A stretch of 64,000 bases of DNA from Octopus sinensis (taxonomy: Eukaryota): positions 12,399,360 to 12,463,359 of the forward strand of contig NC_043019.1 of NCBI RefSeq assembly GCF_006345805.1, written 5' to 3'. Below are positions 60,132 through 64,000 of this stretch, one piece after another; positions within the stretch are counted from its first letter, which is position 1, and the number at the start of each line of letters is the position of its first letter. The position numbers and the translations under genes are program-made. Below the pieces are notes generated by a model that saw nothing but the letters and a program-made list of their open reading frames with translations, searched no databases and had not been told where the DNA came from.

Positions 60132-60634
60132 AATAAGAAGCAACGAATAAATATATACGAATAAATAAACACCCAAAATAAAATAAAATAAAATAAAATG
60201 AAAATGAAAACTAAAATAAATTAGGTTGAAAAGCAAAGCAAATGTAACATGTCTTCATTGCAACATTTCCATTCTTGTCATGAAAACAAAAAAAACAAAT
60301 GCTACGAAAAGTATTTTGGTTGTTACATGTTTGCAGACCGGCTTCTGGCGAGTGACATTTCCGGTGTTTCAACTCGAGCCTTTCAGCTGTTTCTTGGCTT
60401 AACAAAAATAACTTATGAAGGTCGACTGGCTGGAGAAATGTTACATTAGAAGGGACAGCCTTCTGTTAAAATTTCTATGACCGCTTTTGTTTCCCCGAGT
60501 TGTGAATTCCCAGTTCCCCTATCAATCTGTGGGACCGATGTAATCGACTACCCCACCCCCACCCCCACCCCTAAAAACCCCTAAGAATTTCAGGTCTTGT
60601 GCCCTTAGCAGAAAGGATCATCATTATTATTATT

Positions 60635-60712
<78 letters not shown>

Positions 60713-61230
60713 GTTGTTGTTATTGTTGTTGTTACTACTATTGAGAGAGAGCAGTGCATGCCCTCAAAGTAACACTGGGGTAAAATATACGAAGCCCAAT
60801 ATACCCATCATGACTACCCGTCTGATATGGGTACACCAGGCACATGCATCACAACCATATGTGCGCGACATGGTGATCTCATATCAAGATAAACAGCACA
60901 TGACCTTGCAGGTGGGGCCCAGTTAGAAATTTCTTCAGGTTGAGTAGCCCATCCCGCTCGAAAGGTCCCTGAATAAGGGTTGTTTAAGGATGTTGAAAGA
61001 ACCACCCATGTTTCCAAAGGTGAATTATTCAAACCCCAAAGAATCCCTCTCAACACATGGCTATGATACTCCCCACTACTTCTGCTCGTGATCAGAAATG
61101 CACATATCGTCAGCCACTAAGGGACATGCTCAACTGGTTACGGTCAAACAACTGACAAGCAAATCTGTGGTATTGAGCAGAATATTTGCTGTAGCCCGTC
61201 TTTTATACCAAGACAGAACAATGTACATAC

Positions 61231-61299
<69 letters not shown>

Positions 61300-61300
<1 letters not shown>

Positions 61301-62230
61301 GGCCGTCAGCCACGCTTGACCTCGCTCCGTGAATTTTGTAAGGGAAAAACACATAATAGTGTATTCGTATCCTTCAAGTTTACACCACCGTGGACAACAA
61401 GTTATTTGATGTCGAGTGGTGAGTTTATTTTCTGTTTTGTCCTTCATTCTGGGGCGACAGGTCAAGTGACGATTCTGACAGCTCGCCACCTTTCAAAACG
61501 TAAAGATGGACGAAAATGCCGCCAAGCATTTTGCTTGGCGTGCAAACGATTGTACCAAGTTGCCGCCTTCCATGTCTTATAAGAATAATGACGAGAAAGT
61601 CATAAAAATTAAGAATTTCTATTTTTGTCCCAAGGTTAGGCAAATTTCATAGAGTTAGGTAATTTAGGTCTTAAGGTTAGGCCAATTGAGGCATGGATAT
61701 ACCTAATACAAAAAATGAAGGCTTTAAATAGAAATTCTTAATTTTTAGGACTTTCTCATCATTATTATTATAAGACATGGTAGGAAGTCAATGTTCCACC
61801 ATGTCTAATATTTAAAAAAAAATTTTTATGGTGGGATACAAAAGGAAGTCTTTCCACAACAACATCAGCAGCACCATCAACAACTACAACAACAACAATA
61901 GCAATGGTGACGACAACAACAACGATGACGCTCATTTGTGAGAGAGGGGGAGAGAGTGAGGAGCGTCACGAGATGTCCACGAGGGAGTAGTGCGCGTGTG
62001 CGTGCGAAGCGACTTGGGGCTAGTAAAAACAGCAGACGATAGCAGTATTTTTGTCGAAAAAAAGGACAAAAAGGTCAAAAGAGCCAATTTTTTTCTGGAA
62101 GGATCTCTTAGGAGATCTTCGGAAAAGCAAAGGCACCGTTTTTGACAACATTGTTCGAAATAAACAGCAATTTCGACAATGTAAACAATGAGAGACCTTT
62201 CGTCAGCGAAGCAACGGACGAGGTGAGTAT
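61300..62230 (+). promoter_or_regulatory. CpG-rich non-repeat region with two strong donors; candidate promoter and first exon(s) of a downstream + gene
   Basis: Local CpG enrichment; G|GTGAGT donors at 61419 (after ATG TCG AGT G) and at 62223. Confidence 0.35.
61571..61779. mobile_element. MITE-like element with about 54-bp terminal inverted repeats
   Basis: CATGTCTTATAAGAATAATGACGAGAAAGTC... and its near reverse complement. Confidence 0.65.
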
Positions 62231-62262
62231 GTAGCGTAGACTCGGTTGTAATTCCTCTCTTA

Positions 62263-62860
62263 AGGCGGTGAGCTGGCAGAATCGTTAGCACGCCGGGCGA
62301 AATGCGTAGCCGTATTTCGTCTGCCGTTACGTTCTGAGTTCAAATTCCGCCGAGGTCGACTTTGCCTTTCGTCCTTTCGGGGTCGATAAATTAAGGACCA
62401 GTTACGCACTGGGGTCGATGTAATCGACTTAATCCGTTTGTCTGTCCTTGTTTGTCCGCTCTGTGTTTAGCCCCTTGTGGGTAGTAAAGAAATAGGTATT
62501 TCGTCTGTCGTTACGCTCTGAGTTCAAATTATTCCGAGGTCGACTTTGCCTTTCGTCCTTTCGGGGTCGATAAATTAAGGACCAGTTACGCACTGGGGTC
62601 GCTATAATCGACTTAATCCGTTTGTCTGTCCTTGTTTGTCCTCTCTGTGTTTAGCCCCTTGTGGGTAGTAAAGAAATAGGTATTTCGTCTGTCGTTACGC
62701 TCTGAGTTCAAATTATTCCGAGGTCGACTTTGCCTTTCGTCCTTTCGGGGTCGATAAATTAAGGACCAGTTTCGCACTGGGGTCGCTATAATCGACTTAA
62801 TCCGTTTGTCTGTCCTTGTTTGTCCCCTCTGTGTTTAGCCCCTTGTGGATAGTAATAAAA
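62263..62860 (+). mobile_element. tRNA-derived SINE family B with three tandem body copies (about 180 bp); clusters also at 24070-24720, 27765-28730 and 55228-55470
   Basis: AAGGCGGTGAGCTGGCAGAA...GAGTTCAAATTCCGCCGAGGTCGACTTTGCCTTTC..CCTTTCGGGGTCGATAAATTAAG; the central domain resembles MetaSINE cores. Confidence 0.85.
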
Positions 62861-63409
62861 AAGAGATACGTTTCTGCCAGCTCGCTCGCTTGTTTTAGTC
62901 TTCTGTCGACCAAACCCACTCACAAAGCTATCCACAAGGGGCTAAACACAGAGGGGACAAACAAGGACAGACAAACGGATGAAGTCGATTACTTCGACCC
63001 CAGTGCGTAACTGGTCCTTAATTTATCGACCCCGAAAAGATGAAAGGCAAAGTCGACCTCGGCGGAATTTGAACTCAGAGTAAGTCGACTCGGAGCTATA
63101 GCAGAAAACACCTGTCCAATGTGCTATACAGTAGGTCCGAACCCAGAACAATGCGGTTAGGAAGCAAACTTCTTACCACACAGCCGTAATCAGACGAGTT
63201 ATTATTGTGCATACATTGTACACACATTTTGCATAGTTGCACAACATGATTACGTATACAAGTTTGTAAATTGGGACTAGCGAATGGAAAGATAAACAAA
63301 CCAAGTTTGTCTGGTGGAATTGGTTTGTGAGTCACAAAGTTTGCTTTGCAAAGCAACAGGTTAAAGTTTAAATAACTCTACCATTTTACCATGAATTAAA
63401 ACACCACCC

Positions 63410-64000
63410 ATTTTATCTTCTCTCTCGCTTTTTACATTTTTCCTCTCCCTCCCTGTCTCTCCTCTCCCTCTCTGTATCTCCGCCTTTGCTTCTGTCTCTT
63501 TTCACTGTCTCTCTACTCTCTCCCTTCCTCTTCTCTCTTTCTTTGCTCATTCTCTAACTTCTCTCTGTGTCTCTTTCTTTCTCTCTGTCTCTCTGTCTTT
63601 CTGTCTCCTTCTCTCTATCCTCCACCTCCACACCTCTCTGTCTCTCCTCCCCTCTGTCACTCTTTGTTTCTCTCTCTCCTTCTCTTTCTCCGCTCTCTCT
63701 CTCTCTGTTCTGTCTCTCCTCCCCCTCTGTCACTCTTTGCCTCTCTCTCTCTTTCTCTTTCTCTCTTCTCTCTCTCCCCACCCTCTTCTCTCTTCATTCA
63801 CTCTTTCCCTGCCCGTCTCTTTCTCTCTGCACTCTCTCTTTTTTCTCCACTCTCTTTCTCACTTCCCGTTTCGTCTCCTCTCTCTCTTCCCTCTCTAACA
63901 CCCTCTCTCTATCACTCTCTCCCTCCCCTCCTCACACTCTCTCTCTATCACTCTCTTCCTCCCCTCTCTCCATCTCTCCTCTCTCGTCTTTGTTTCGCTC
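63410..64000. repeat. CT-rich low-complexity tract
   Basis: Direct reading. Confidence 0.85.

Noticed and set aside
60330-60440. Possible exon on either strand
   Set aside because: Weak splice signals and no recognisable protein motif, including GPx.

Overview
Repeat-rich metazoan DNA; the SINE and microsatellite make-up points to an octopus (coleoid cephalopod) genome, which is an inference. Two convergent genes are present. (1) On +, 20 exons from 10196 to 40844 were spliced by hand with consistent GT-AG sites and reading phase (about 840 codons; the 5' end was not found). They encode a class IA PI3K regulatory subunit (p85/PIK3R-like) with the layout C1(part)-SAM-C1-RhoGAP-PxxP-nSH2-iSH2-cSH2 and a C-terminal tail carrying its own YxxM motif. 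(2) On -, the last coding exon of a GPx3-like glutathione peroxidase (53920-54126), a consensus form-2 SECIS element about 2.1 kb downstream (core 51774-51821) and a poly(A) signal, so the gene is probably a selenoprotein. Its middle exons are absent and may lie in the 100-N gap. The rest is SINEs, LINE remnants, MITEs, a DD37D-type mariner fossil, mini- and microsatellites, large palindromes and several minimal type-I hammerhead ribozyme motifs like those of Penelope-like elements. Nearly all ORFs in the supplied track are microsatellite or repeat artefacts.
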